From Terriglobales bacterium (GTDB taxonomy: Bacteria > Acidobacteriota > Terriglobia > Terriglobales > Acidobacteriaceae): a DNA stretch of 64,000 bases. The stretch covers positions 3,008 through 67,007 of the forward strand of contig JBEKWL010000001.1 of the NCBI GenBank assembly GCA_049513095.1, read 5' to 3'. The notes under the pieces are model-generated. The model made no database searches, was not told where the DNA came from, and worked only from the letters and a program-made list of their open reading frames with translations. The translations under genes were made by a program, and so were the position numbers. Shown in pieces: positions 44,349-53,511 of this stretch (position 1 is the first letter of the stretch; every line of letters begins with the position of its first letter).

Positions 44349-45248
44349 CTAACGGGAAGTTGCCAACCCTGCATGAGGTGCGGCGAAATGCGCGGCGAAA
44401 TTCGGGGAGATTGCCAGATCGCCCAACTGATGCAGCATCTCACCCGAGGTAAGGAACCGGTGCTCCTCCGGATTGATGGGATGGGTCTCCACTTCCACGA
44501 CCGAATTGCGGGCGCTGGAAAATATGCGCTGCAGCCGGTCTTTAGATTGAAGCGGCGCCAGATTGTACAAAAAGTCGACCACGCGGTGCCGGCGCGCCAG
44601 CCGGCGGTCCACCGCTTTGCGATACAGACGGTTCACCAGGCTCTTCTCTCCCGGCAGAAAGGAGAAGTTTCGCCGGACGAGCGTGCCCGCGGGCAACAGC
44701 CGTGCCCGCTGCACGTTGGCACAAAGGTGCAAGTGGTGATGTCCATCAATGCGTTCTGGGTTGCCCCCGTAGAGACGGCAAAATTCGTCAAACTCCGATG
44801 CCACAACATATTCGAACGAACGAGCCAGCCCGGGATAATAAAGCACACGGCTCAGCGGATGCCGGAGCAGGCACGACGCAATTTTGCCGAGATGCTCTTT
44901 CAGCAAAGTCGGACATGCGGGTGAGGTAAACTGCGTTGACAAATTGAGGTGAAGGCCGGCGTCGACACCCAATTGCAGTGCCGTTTCCGCAGCCCGTGCC
45001 GAGTCGTCCATGAAAACCATCGCACTCACCGCGGAGATAGTCCCGCGCTGCACACAATCAATGATCCGGTCAGTGGTCTCTTGGTTGACTCCCCAATCGT
45101 CAGCGTTGATGATCAGACAACCCGTGTGTGCCTCCGTGTCCTGCCTTCCCTGATCTTGTTCCGCAACACGGCCCGGTGCAGGAGCCGCCGAGGAATTCAG
45201 AGGCAGCGCTTCGTTCGGCAACAAATCAGTTACGCGGTTAGGTATCAC
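44349..45248 (-). CDS. ChbG/HpnK (YdjC-like) carbohydrate deacetylase
   Basis: LIINADDWGVNQETTDRIIDCVQRGTISAVSAMV and DGHHHLH. The longest ORF (to 45374, TTG) would run into the repeated intergenic element. The GTG at 45248 lies just downstream of that element and is preferred, but the start remains uncertain. Confidence 0.75.
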   Translation of the reverse strand: MIPNRVTDLLPNEALPLNSSAAPAPGRVAEQDQGRQDTEAHTGCLIINADDWGVNQETTDRIIDCVQRGTISAVSAMVFMDDSARAAETALQLGVDAGLHLNLSTQFTSPACPTLLKEHLGKIASCLLRHPLSRVLYYPGLARSFEYVVASEFDEFCRLYGGNPERIDGHHHLHLCANVQRARLLPAGTLVRRNFSFLPGEKSLVNRLYRKAVDRRLARRHRVVDFLYNLAPLQSKDRLQRIFSSARNSVVEVETHPINPEEHRFLTSGEMLHQLGDLAISPNFAAHFAAPHAGLATSR

Positions 45249-45276
45249 GTTGTCTCTGTCTTGCCAGTCCCAGTAA

Positions 45277-45465
45277 GAATCCACCGGCAGAGCCGGAGGC
45301 TTTTCGGTTGCTGGCTCCTCAAAGAGGCCTGATCGCAACTCATCAACGTCAAAACCACAAGTCCCGCGCCGCAATGTAGATGGCCGAGGCCGTTGGAGTA
45401 AGAAGGCGCAATGCCGGATTGTCGAACTTCTACTGCCTCCCCGGCACAGCCGGCGGTCGCACTAG
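45277..45465. repeat. Copy 1 of an intergenic repeat of about 189 bp (partner at 52051..52238)
   Basis: By-eye alignment gives roughly 80-85% identity with a few 1-2 nt indels. Shared blocks: agccggaggcttttcggttgctgg, gtcaaaaccaca, ccgcaatg.agatggccg, aaggcgca and gtcgaacttctactg. Confidence 0.8.
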
Positions 45466-46493
45466 GCGTTGACCGCAAACTCAACCGTCTGGTCCTTGCG
45501 GGACAACAGCTTCCGCTGTGCACTCTCAAACGTAGCCACCGCTATTTCTTTTTTCCGTAAGAATCCGAGAAAAGCATCCACTGTCTCCGGATCCGTCAGG
45601 TCCTTCGTGTGGCCAATCGCCACGATGGGTCGATAGATTTCCGGTTGTTTGCGATCAGCGCACAGGATGCTCTCCATCATCGCAGTCAACTCGGCAAGTG
45701 TCATGCGGCAGAAGTCCAGCTTGAGCGGATAGCGAAAGCGCAGCAGATCGCGGATGCGATTCAGTCTTCGCCCGGCACTTTGCCCGGCGCTACCGGCGCC
45801 GCCGCTGAATTTCATGCGCTTCGACGTCGCCATACGCCAGGCAGGTACCATTTCCGTGTAGATGGGCACTTCGATCCACCGACCCATTGGGTCCGCCACA
45901 TTGGCATCGCCGCTGAACCGCCAGTAATAGCCATTCTTCAACGCTCTCCGGTAATCGAGTCTGTGGGCATGCTGCACCCCACCCTTGAAAACCGAAGAGT
46001 CAATCTTAATGCCATGCTCTGCCAAGACGTCTGCGACAGTTTCAGTGGGCTGAAACAGCCAGTTGCCGGCGCGAAATGATAACGGGGTAAAATCGTCGCG
46101 GTCCACCAGACGCCGCAAGTAGATGAGCGAACGGTCAACAATCTCCCTAATCCTCGCCCGCGACAGCGTAGCGAGATTGTATTCGCTGGCGTCGAGCAGC
46201 CATTTTCCGTCCTCATAGCGCGCATTGCACCACTGCGGATGAAGGTGCAGGCCGATTTCAAAACCGCTCTGATGGAATTCCCTGATCTGCCGCTTAACCC
46301 GATCAATGGCCCGATCCGCGCCATATTGCTCGATTTGTTCAAACTCGGCAACTTCCACAAAATTGACGAACCGCGCGTTCCACTTCTGGAAGATGTCCCG
46401 AAGCCGCTCGGCGGGCTCATACACCAACTCCTGCAACGAACCCGTGCCGTTGCCGTAGATTTCATAGTCCAGTGTAAAAATGCACTCGATCAT
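45462..46493 (-). CDS. Hypothetical protein, putative divergent polysaccharide deacetylase (CE4-like)
   Basis: MIECIFTLDYEIYGNG (D-x-E motif-1 variant) and FEIGLHLHPQW (His motif). The assignment is tentative. Confidence 0.5.
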   Translation of the reverse strand: MIECIFTLDYEIYGNGTGSLQELVYEPAERLRDIFQKWNARFVNFVEVAEFEQIEQYGADRAIDRVKRQIREFHQSGFEIGLHLHPQWCNARYEDGKWLLDASEYNLATLSRARIREIVDRSLIYLRRLVDRDDFTPLSFRAGNWLFQPTETVADVLAEHGIKIDSSVFKGGVQHAHRLDYRRALKNGYYWRFSGDANVADPMGRWIEVPIYTEMVPAWRMATSKRMKFSGGAGSAGQSAGRRLNRIRDLLRFRYPLKLDFCRMTLAELTAMMESILCADRKQPEIYRPIVAIGHTKDLTDPETVDAFLGFLRKKEIAVATFESAQRKLLSRKDQTVEFAVNA

Positions 46494-46510
46494 GTGAACG
46501 TCACTTCGTC

Positions 46511-47341
46511 TTATACCTTATTCCTGACAAAGTTCTTCACGTCATTAAGCAGGTGCTGGGTACCCCGGGGCAATTTCTTGTAGGCTGCACGCAAACCGCG
46601 ACGCACCCCGCGCAGGACCTTCCCCCGATAATAGGACCTCTCGAGAATTGTCTTCAGCCATGAATCGAAGTCTGTGTTGTCACCGTTACGATATTCGATG
46701 CCCGTTACCAGGTTCCTGCATGCGAAGGTGCCGTCCGTCAGGCAATGAACGATGCTCTCGGCGCTAATCCGGCTGGGTCTGGGAAGCGAAATCAGATTGG
46801 CCACCTTGAGGCGGGCGCTGTGCAAATCGCAACCAAAGAAGTATTGATATCGATTGCGCCATTCTCGAGTTCTGACTAATTCCAGGAATCTCAGGGGTGG
46901 TATGGAGCCCCCGTCCGCTTGTTGGTTCCATAGTTCGATCGCATTGATATGGTATCTCTCCAGATGCTGAACGATCTTCTCAAACGGATACTTCGAGGGA
47001 TGCGCCACTACTTTGAACAGTGGAGGTGTGCTATCGGTTCCCTCCTTTGCCAGGCGGGCAATGGGCTCGTATTCGTGCACCGGAAAGATGATCGTGTCCA
47101 CGCCCGACAGGTGTACCTCGATTCCCGGAATGAAAATGAATCCGCTGTCTTTGGTGACATCATTCGCCTCGCGGATGTAGCGAGCGAATTTGGCCGCATC
47201 AAAGTCTTCGAAATGCTCCGTCATCACACAAAAGGAGATTCCGCGCTTTTCCAGAGAAGCAGCGATTTCGGCGAGCGTATTCCGCCCGTCGTGCGAATAC
47301 GTGGAATGAAAATGGAACGTTCCTTGAATCGTTTCGGGCAT
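46511..47341 (-). CDS. PHP-domain metal-dependent phosphoesterase
   Basis: FHFHSTYSHDG (PHP motif I), CVMTEH and further conserved His/Asp residues. Confidence 0.75.
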   Translation of the reverse strand: MPETIQGTFHFHSTYSHDGRNTLAEIAASLEKRGISFCVMTEHFEDFDAAKFARYIREANDVTKDSGFIFIPGIEVHLSGVDTIIFPVHEYEPIARLAKEGTDSTPPLFKVVAHPSKYPFEKIVQHLERYHINAIELWNQQADGGSIPPLRFLELVRTREWRNRYQYFFGCDLHSARLKVANLISLPRPSRISAESIVHCLTDGTFACRNLVTGIEYRNGDNTDFDSWLKTILERSYYRGKVLRGVRRGLRAAYKKLPRGTQHLLNDVKNFVRNKV

Positions 47342-47374
47342 TAGGGAGTCACTGCGAGCTTGGACAAAGGACCC

Positions 47375-48640
47375 TTAGGAATTCGGCTGCACGAGTCTGC
47401 CGACGAACGGCAGGGGATCGCGAGCCGTACAAATCAGCTCGTGAGTTCGGTGGTCGAAGAAGGATCCGAAGTACGACTTACTGGCGCTCCAGCGCGTGGC
47501 GATTTCACCTGGCCAGCGCTTTGGCTTGCCTTTCAGGCAAAGCAGTAAGTGCTTGGTATCGCCGATCACGGACCGGCCTCTGACCCCGATGCGGTAGTGT
47601 TTTTCCTCAGGCGAAATTGCACGCCCATTCACCATCTTCCAATACAAATACGGCAGATCAAGACCCGCGACAGAAGCCACCAGAACTGACCCCCAGAATC
47701 GGCCGTTGATCTCCATTAGATACGGACAGTTGGTGCGGCGGTCAATTCGGTATTCGACCATCGCCGGCCCGGTAAATTTGATCGCGTTCACAAGTGCCGC
47801 AGTCGCATCGAGCAGGCCAGGATCAATGGCGATGGTTTCCGCCAGCGCGCTTGGGCCTCCGCAGGGATCGCTCTCCCGGATTCTGCGATGCCCGATGAGT
47901 GCAACGGCGCGTCCCTCCGCAAACAATCCAGAAACGCCCACACCGTAGCCATCGATGAATTCCTGCACCAGCACGGACTGTCCTTTGGCCAAACGAGCTT
48001 CGCATTCACTCTTGAGATCTCGCGCGCTAAAGGCGTAGGCCGTCTTTCTGCTCGTTTGGGTTTTCGCTAACCCCAACGATGCGCTGCTTTCGGACTTGAT
48101 GACGACCGGAAAATTGAGGTGGGGTTCGTCAAGCGCTCGCGGATTGTTCCCGCTGAGAACGACTGTCTTCGGCACCGCAATGCCGACCGACTGCGCAATC
48201 TGCAAAGTGTTTGCTTTGCTGAAGACAATCTCGATCTCATGTTCCTTAGGAATAAGTGGGACCGCAAGCAATCTGCTGCGATGCTTGCTGCAGGCCATGA
48301 TTGCAGCTTCCGAAGTGGGAAAGATACAATCAGCGCCAAATTTGGCACTGTAATGGTTGATGTCCTCTATGAACTTCAGTAAGTCTTGCTTCGGACTGGT
48401 ATAGACAAAGTGCTCCCTGGCATAACGAGAGAACAGGCTCATGTCCCAACGCGATTCGCCGCCAACCGCGAAGGCCACGCCTTGATTTCCCCAGGAGCGA
48501 ACGCAGGCCAGCGTTCGAGTCGAGTACCCGTCGAGCAACAGCACTTTGGAGAACTGCCGCCCAAAAGGCAGATACGAGGCCGCCGGAGCAGAACCTTGGC
48601 TAACAATCGGCCCTTCAGACTTTTGTAAAATAGCCGGCAT
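47375..48640 (-). CDS. ATP-grasp carboxylate-amine ligase family protein
   Basis: FPVVIKSESS, VLVQEFIDGYGVGVSGLF, GGPSALAETI and YLMEINGRFWGS. The ATG at 48640 avoids overlap with the upstream GT2. Confidence 0.8.
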   Translation of the reverse strand: MPAILQKSEGPIVSQGSAPAASYLPFGRQFSKVLLLDGYSTRTLACVRSWGNQGVAFAVGGESRWDMSLFSRYAREHFVYTSPKQDLLKFIEDINHYSAKFGADCIFPTSEAAIMACSKHRSRLLAVPLIPKEHEIEIVFSKANTLQIAQSVGIAVPKTVVLSGNNPRALDEPHLNFPVVIKSESSASLGLAKTQTSRKTAYAFSARDLKSECEARLAKGQSVLVQEFIDGYGVGVSGLFAEGRAVALIGHRRIRESDPCGGPSALAETIAIDPGLLDATAALVNAIKFTGPAMVEYRIDRRTNCPYLMEINGRFWGSVLVASVAGLDLPYLYWKMVNGRAISPEEKHYRIGVRGRSVIGDTKHLLLCLKGKPKRWPGEIATRWSASKSYFGSFFDHRTHELICTARDPLPFVGRLVQPNS

Positions 48641-48659
48641 AGAGGAGAGTCCTTGGAGG

Positions 48660-49571
48660 CTAGAGGGCCTGATGCTCGCGTTCACCGAGCCTGGAAACAA
48701 ACGGCAGTACATGCTGCAAAATACTCTTCAATCTTTGCATTTGATCGCGCTGGCGAAGGATGATGAGCTGCGCGGGCATAGTGCGTTTCACACCTCGAAT
48801 CCACTGCCAGAGATAGCCGAACAACATCAAGATCCCACCGATCACAAGCGGCTTGTTTGTCATCTGGTACAAGCTGCGAAACACTTCCCAGGCCGGATGA
48901 CTGCCGAGCAGATAGTCCATGCGGCCTCTGTGCCATCTTTCGGAAAATCCGGTGTGCTGGGCGCTTCCCATTTTTCGATGATGTTGACAGACTTTTTCAG
49001 TATATGTTCTGGTCTGCCAGCCCGCCGCTCGGGCACTAAACACTGAAACCAGATCAATCCCTCCCGAACTGATGGAAGGATAACCGCCGATCGTCTCGAA
49101 ACATTCCCGCCGGAACATCTGACAAGCGCCAGAAACATGATTGAGGTCGATAAGCCGACCCCGGGTTCTGCCCTCCTCCTCATAAGGCGTGCCGCCAACC
49201 CCCAACTTTGGATTCTCCGCAAATCTGCTCATTAGAAAAGCAAAGTAGTCTTCGTCGAACGAAATGTCGGCGTCAAGATTACCAATAATTTGATAATCGA
49301 GGTCCACCAGTCGGGAATAGCCAGCGTTGAAGGCCGCCGCCTTGCCTGCAAAATTCCTGTCGGCGCGCTCCGGTTGACGCAACAGTTGAATCCAGTCATG
49401 CTGGGCCGCATACTTGTTGACGATGTCATCCGTACCGTCCGTAGAACCGTCGCTGACAATCACCCACCGGAGCGGCCTGACGGTCTGCGCCACCACCGAC
49501 TTGAGGGTCAGTTCAATGAACTGGGCCTCGTTCCGCGCTGGCGTGATTAGAACGTAAACCGGAAGCGTCAA
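48660..49571 (-). CDS. Family 2 glycosyltransferase
   Basis: VYVLITPARNEAQFIELTLKSVVAQTVRPLRWVIVSDGSTDGT and NLDADI. The TTG start overlaps the upstream TGA (TTGA), suggesting translational coupling. Confidence 0.85.
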   Translation of the reverse strand: MTLPVYVLITPARNEAQFIELTLKSVVAQTVRPLRWVIVSDGSTDGTDDIVNKYAAQHDWIQLLRQPERADRNFAGKAAAFNAGYSRLVDLDYQIIGNLDADISFDEDYFAFLMSRFAENPKLGVGGTPYEEEGRTRGRLIDLNHVSGACQMFRRECFETIGGYPSISSGGIDLVSVFSARAAGWQTRTYTEKVCQHHRKMGSAQHTGFSERWHRGRMDYLLGSHPAWEVFRSLYQMTNKPLVIGGILMLFGYLWQWIRGVKRTMPAQLIILRQRDQMQRLKSILQHVLPFVSRLGEREHQAL

Positions 49572-50848
49572 CAGGACCTCACGAATTCGGCAAAATCTTG
49601 AGTCTCCAGCTGTCTCTCTTTAGTGTTCGAAGCAACGAGGAGAGTAGAAAGCGCCAGGAGCATCCATGCCTGCGACCATCTCATGTATGACGTCCGGATA
49701 GTGCATGAGCGGAGCACACGATAGTAAAAAAAACCCCGCGTGTCCCACATGTTAGCCATGGCCCACCGGAAGACGGAGTGCGCCAATGCCACGCTGTCCG
49801 CCCCTAAATCCCGGAACTCAGCCAGCGTGATGATGCTCTGCGCCAGACAGTGAATGTCGATCGGGTAGGTTCGGTTATGGAAGTACCGGGCTGCGCCGTC
49901 TCCGCGGAGGAAATGGGTGCGATAGAAGTCAAATCCGGCGCGGATATTCGCTTCAAACTCGTTAGTGTCCGCGTAGCTTTGAATCTGCCTTAGCGCGCCC
50001 AAGTTGTATCCGGTGTGAAAGTTGTCGATCCAACGCTGCGAACGATGCTCGCCGTAAAACCACGATCCATCACCCCGTTGCTTCGCTACGGCTTGGCGCG
50101 CTACGCGCAAAGCGGGCTCTAGGAACTTCTTTTCGCCCGTTTGCTTGTACACCCGGCAGAACAAGGCCGCTGCCAGCAGGTTGGCGTTGTGGGTTTCGCC
50201 GCGCAGTCGGGGCATCGGATAACTGAAGCCGGCCTTGGCACCTTCAGTCCAGTACAGGTCGTTCAGTATGTATTCGGCCGCACCCACTGCCATCGTCAAA
50301 CAAAGTTGCTCGTGCCGTTGCTCATACGCATCGAGCAGTGCGCCAGCAACAAAGGTTGTGCAGATCAGATTCGGCGCGCCGGCAGGCACCAGAATGCTGC
50401 GTCCCTGCCACGGAAAGCTGTAGCCCCACGACCAGTAAGAAACCCCCGATGAGCGTAGCGCCACCAGGCGGTCGATCATGTAGCGGATGAGATCTTCGCG
50501 GCTGTCCGCAACCGTGTTCGGAAGCTTGAGTAGCGCCGCTAGAAACAGTGCCATCGCTTTTGGGTTCTGGGTTTTCGGAACCAGCGCCAGGCTACGAACA
50601 TTGATCGGACTGCGCTTCAACACCTGAGTGAGGGCGAGACGAGGAAGTCTGGAATCCAGAAACGGCAGCGCCTTGAACAGTCTGCTATTCAAAGCATCGT
50701 AGGGGTCGTAGCCCGCCCAATCATTTGCCCGGCAGTATGCCAGAAGCTTCCGCGCGGTCGCTTCAATCTCCTCGTTCCTGGGGCACCGAGAGTCTGCTAA
50801 TCTTGTCGCGGCCGCCGCCTGCTGTAAGGTCATGGTTGAACCCGTCAA
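49568..50848 (-). CDS. Hypothetical protein (helix-rich; possibly an alpha/alpha-toroid glycan-active fold)
   Basis: 426-aa ORF in operon context (WAGYDPYDALNS...). No family was recognised with confidence. Confidence 0.45.
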   Translation of the reverse strand: MTGSTMTLQQAAAATRLADSRCPRNEEIEATARKLLAYCRANDWAGYDPYDALNSRLFKALPFLDSRLPRLALTQVLKRSPINVRSLALVPKTQNPKAMALFLAALLKLPNTVADSREDLIRYMIDRLVALRSSGVSYWSWGYSFPWQGRSILVPAGAPNLICTTFVAGALLDAYEQRHEQLCLTMAVGAAEYILNDLYWTEGAKAGFSYPMPRLRGETHNANLLAAALFCRVYKQTGEKKFLEPALRVARQAVAKQRGDGSWFYGEHRSQRWIDNFHTGYNLGALRQIQSYADTNEFEANIRAGFDFYRTHFLRGDGAARYFHNRTYPIDIHCLAQSIITLAEFRDLGADSVALAHSVFRWAMANMWDTRGFFYYRVLRSCTIRTSYMRWSQAWMLLALSTLLVASNTKERQLETQDFAEFVRSC

Positions 50849-52017
50849 TTTGTCGACTGGGTGGTGCGAACACCCCTAGCAAGAGCCATTTCGATGTATT
50901 GAATGATCGTCTCGAGTGCGGGCACGTGCGGCTGGCCCGGCCCTTCGGCCGATTTCTGCCTGCGTTCAGCGACTATCTTACTTCTAACGTCTTCGACACT
51001 CGTTAGCAGCACCAGGCGACCATTGTCCGCGAGGTACTGATCGACGGCTCCGATCTTTCCCCGAAAGATGCTGTAGACCGGAACTCGCAGCGCCGCCGCC
51101 TCGCGGTTCATGGTGCCGCCACCACTAATGACAAGGTCCGAGTTCCAGATCAGATTCATTCCGTCTTCCACATGATCAGGGATCAGGATCTTATTCGACG
51201 CAATTGCCTCCCGCCACTCCGCGCTCAATTCGTCATTCTGGTGCTTGTTTCTCGGCAAAAGAATGATCTTCGTCTCCGGGTTGGCTACAAATCGGTTGAG
51301 CGCCGCTTTCAGCAGAACTTCCGCCTCGGGATTGTGATAATGTGCTTCCGTAGCCGGAGGACGAATCGTAACTACCAATGATCCTCGAGGAATTCCCAGT
51401 CGGCTCTTCAATTTCGGGTCGGGTTTGAAATTGGCCAGATATACATCTTCCTTGATGCCAGGGTACTTTAAGATTTCGGGACCGCCTTCCCTTGAACCCT
51501 TGTCTGGAATAATGCTCGGCATGACCATCCAAGTCGCTCTCACGGAGGGCACGCCGGTTGAGAACTCGTAGTCACCCAGCACAAAGCTCGGTATCTTTAA
51601 CAACTTGGACGTGATCAAGAGCCCGCGCGAACCGTGACAAACCGAGAGGTCCGGCTTTTCCTTTCGAACCAAGGCGATCAAAACGACGGCTCGCCAGCAG
51701 GTCCCCAGCGCTTTCAGGATTTTGTGCTTGCCGTAATGACGTCCGACGATCTTTCCGTCTATCCCGTAATATTCCATGAGTTCGCGAACTTGGTACGCGT
51801 CCCGGGCCGTGACGAACAAGTCATAACCTCTTGCCTTAAGCTCGTCGATGATGGGACGAAAGAAAGGCACATGCGGGGAATTGTCCAGGTCGATCCAAAT
51901 CTTCCTATGGACCGTTGGCGGAAGTATTTTCGGAGCTTCGGGGATGGCCACGCTAGTGTTGGACATCATCTTTTCCTCATTGCTCGGATCCTCATGGCGG
52001 AGAGCGCTGACTGGCAC
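50845..52017 (-). CDS. DUF354 protein (predicted GT-B-like glycosyltransferase or epimerase fold)
   Basis: KIWIDLDNSPHVPFFRPIIDELKARGYDLFVTARD is the characteristic DUF354 N-terminus. GTG start at 52017; alternative ATGs at 51969 and 51966. Confidence 0.7.
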   Translation of the reverse strand: MPVSALRHEDPSNEEKMMSNTSVAIPEAPKILPPTVHRKIWIDLDNSPHVPFFRPIIDELKARGYDLFVTARDAYQVRELMEYYGIDGKIVGRHYGKHKILKALGTCWRAVVLIALVRKEKPDLSVCHGSRGLLITSKLLKIPSFVLGDYEFSTGVPSVRATWMVMPSIIPDKGSREGGPEILKYPGIKEDVYLANFKPDPKLKSRLGIPRGSLVVTIRPPATEAHYHNPEAEVLLKAALNRFVANPETKIILLPRNKHQNDELSAEWREAIASNKILIPDHVEDGMNLIWNSDLVISGGGTMNREAAALRVPVYSIFRGKIGAVDQYLADNGRLVLLTSVEDVRSKIVAERRQKSAEGPGQPHVPALETIIQYIEMALARGVRTTQSTN

Positions 52018-52050
52018 AGCACGGCCTGAAGCGGCAGCGCTTGGCGGTGA

Positions 52051-52238
52051 GAATCCTCCGGCGGAGCCGGAGGCTTTTCGGTTGCTGGCCCCTCAAGGGG
52101 CCTGAGCGCACCCGATCAAAGTCAAAACCACATGCCCCGCACCGCAATGCAGATGGCCGGGACCGTTTGCAGTGAAAAGGCGCACTGCTGGATTTGTCGA
52201 ACTTCTACTGGTTCCCCGGTGGCGGCCGGTCGTACTAG
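52051..52238. repeat. Copy 2 of the ~189-bp intergenic repeat (partner at 45277..45465)
   Basis: Same alignment as copy 1. It contains a perfect 6-bp hairpin, GGCCCC-tcaa-GGGGCC, at the position where copy 1 has a weaker one. Confidence 0.8.
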
Positions 52239-52302
52239 AGCCATACGGCGGAAACTGCGGGAAGGACTTTCTAGTTCTTCCGATCCAGATCTGCCTCAAC
52301 GT

Positions 52303-53511
52303 TTACTTGCTGGCGGCCAAGGCGGTCTGCAGGAAGCGCGAGACTTCATTCGCCACCCGCCCCTGTTGCTCGGCGCTGAGATTCGGAAACATGGGTAGAG
52401 AGACAATCTGGCTCGCCACTTTCTCGGTCACCGGGAAGTCTCCCACTTTGTATCCCAGGGATTCATAAGCCCGCTGACGGTGCAGCGGAATCGGATAGTG
52501 AATACCGGTGCCGATGCCGGCCTTACCCAGATGCGCCATCATGCCTTCGCGATCCTCGGTCCGCACGACATACAGGTGATAGACGGCATGGGACCAGGAG
52601 GGTTCATAAGGCGTCTGGACTCCTCCTTCGGAAGCCGCAAACAGACGGTTGTACTCCGCCGCCTTTTCCCGCCGTTTCGCGTTCCACCCCGCCAAGTGTT
52701 TCAATTTCACGCTCAGGATTCCGGTCTGGATCGCATCGAGACGTCCGTTGTATCCCTCGATATCGTGGTAGTATTTTTTCGCTTGGCCATGATCCCGGAT
52801 CATTTTGCAGCCATCCGCCAGCCGCGCGTCATTGGTGGTGATTGCGCCACCTTCGCCGCAAGCTCCCAGGTTTTTCCCGGGATAAAAGCTGAAGGCGCCC
52901 GCGCGTCCCATCGAACCCGCCTGAAACCACCGGTTCTGTTTGCGCGAGAAATATTCGGCCCCGTGCGCCTGGCACGCGTCTTCCACCACCAGCAGCCGAT
53001 ACTGCTCCGCCAGTTCCAGGATCGCATCCATGTCCGCCATCTGCCCATAAAGGTGAACGGGAACAATGGCCGTTACCGGCCGCTTGCTCCTTTTGCTGAT
53101 GAGCTTGCCTTCCTCGGACATCGTGCACTGCGACTCCAGATGCTCGCGCAGCTTCGTCGAATCCATGTTGTAGGTGCGCACGTCGATGTCGACGAACTCC
53201 GGCAGTGCCCCCGCCTGCGAGATGGCTTCGGTCGTCGCAATAAACGTGTTCGGAACCGTTACCACCACGTCGCCCGCTTTCACGCCGGCCGCCATCAGTG
53301 CGAATCGGAGCGCGTCCGTACCGCTGTTGACTGCGACCGCGCGTTCGGTGTGGCAGTACGCGGCAAACTCTTTTTCAAAATTCTCCACCATCGGCCCGCC
53401 GACGAAGGCGGCGCTGCGGATTACCTGTTGAAAAACCGCGGTCAGCTCCGGCTCGAGTTCGACATGCGGCGTGACCAGATCAAGAAAAGGAATATTTTGC
53501 GAATGATTCAC
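52303..53511 (-). CDS. DegT/DnrJ/EryC1/StrS-family sugar aminotransferase (WbpE-like)
   Basis: 402 aa with a PLP aminotransferase pattern (NSGTDALRFAL, VVEDACQAHGA, SFYPGKNLGA). Confidence 0.9.
   Translation of the reverse strand: MNHSQNIPFLDLVTPHVELEPELTAVFQQVIRSAAFVGGPMVENFEKEFAAYCHTERAVAVNSGTDALRFALMAAGVKAGDVVVTVPNTFIATTEAISQAGALPEFVDIDVRTYNMDSTKLREHLESQCTMSEEGKLISKRSKRPVTAIVPVHLYGQMADMDAILELAEQYRLLVVEDACQAHGAEYFSRKQNRWFQAGSMGRAGAFSFYPGKNLGACGEGGAITTNDARLADGCKMIRDHGQAKKYYHDIEGYNGRLDAIQTGILSVKLKHLAGWNAKRREKAAEYNRLFAASEGGVQTPYEPSWSHAVYHLYVVRTEDREGMMAHLGKAGIGTGIHYPIPLHRQRAYESLGYKVGDFPVTEKVASQIVSLPMFPNLSAEQQGRVANEVSRFLQTALAASK

Noticed and set aside
45245-45529. ORFs 45245..45529 and 52093..52299 sharing the peptide GHLHCGAG-VVLTL as a possible conserved small protein
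   Set aside because: The similarity follows the nucleotide repeat. The substitutions are mostly non-synonymous and indels break the frame, and the peptides are Arg-rich and low-complexity. Interpreted as a non-coding repeat.
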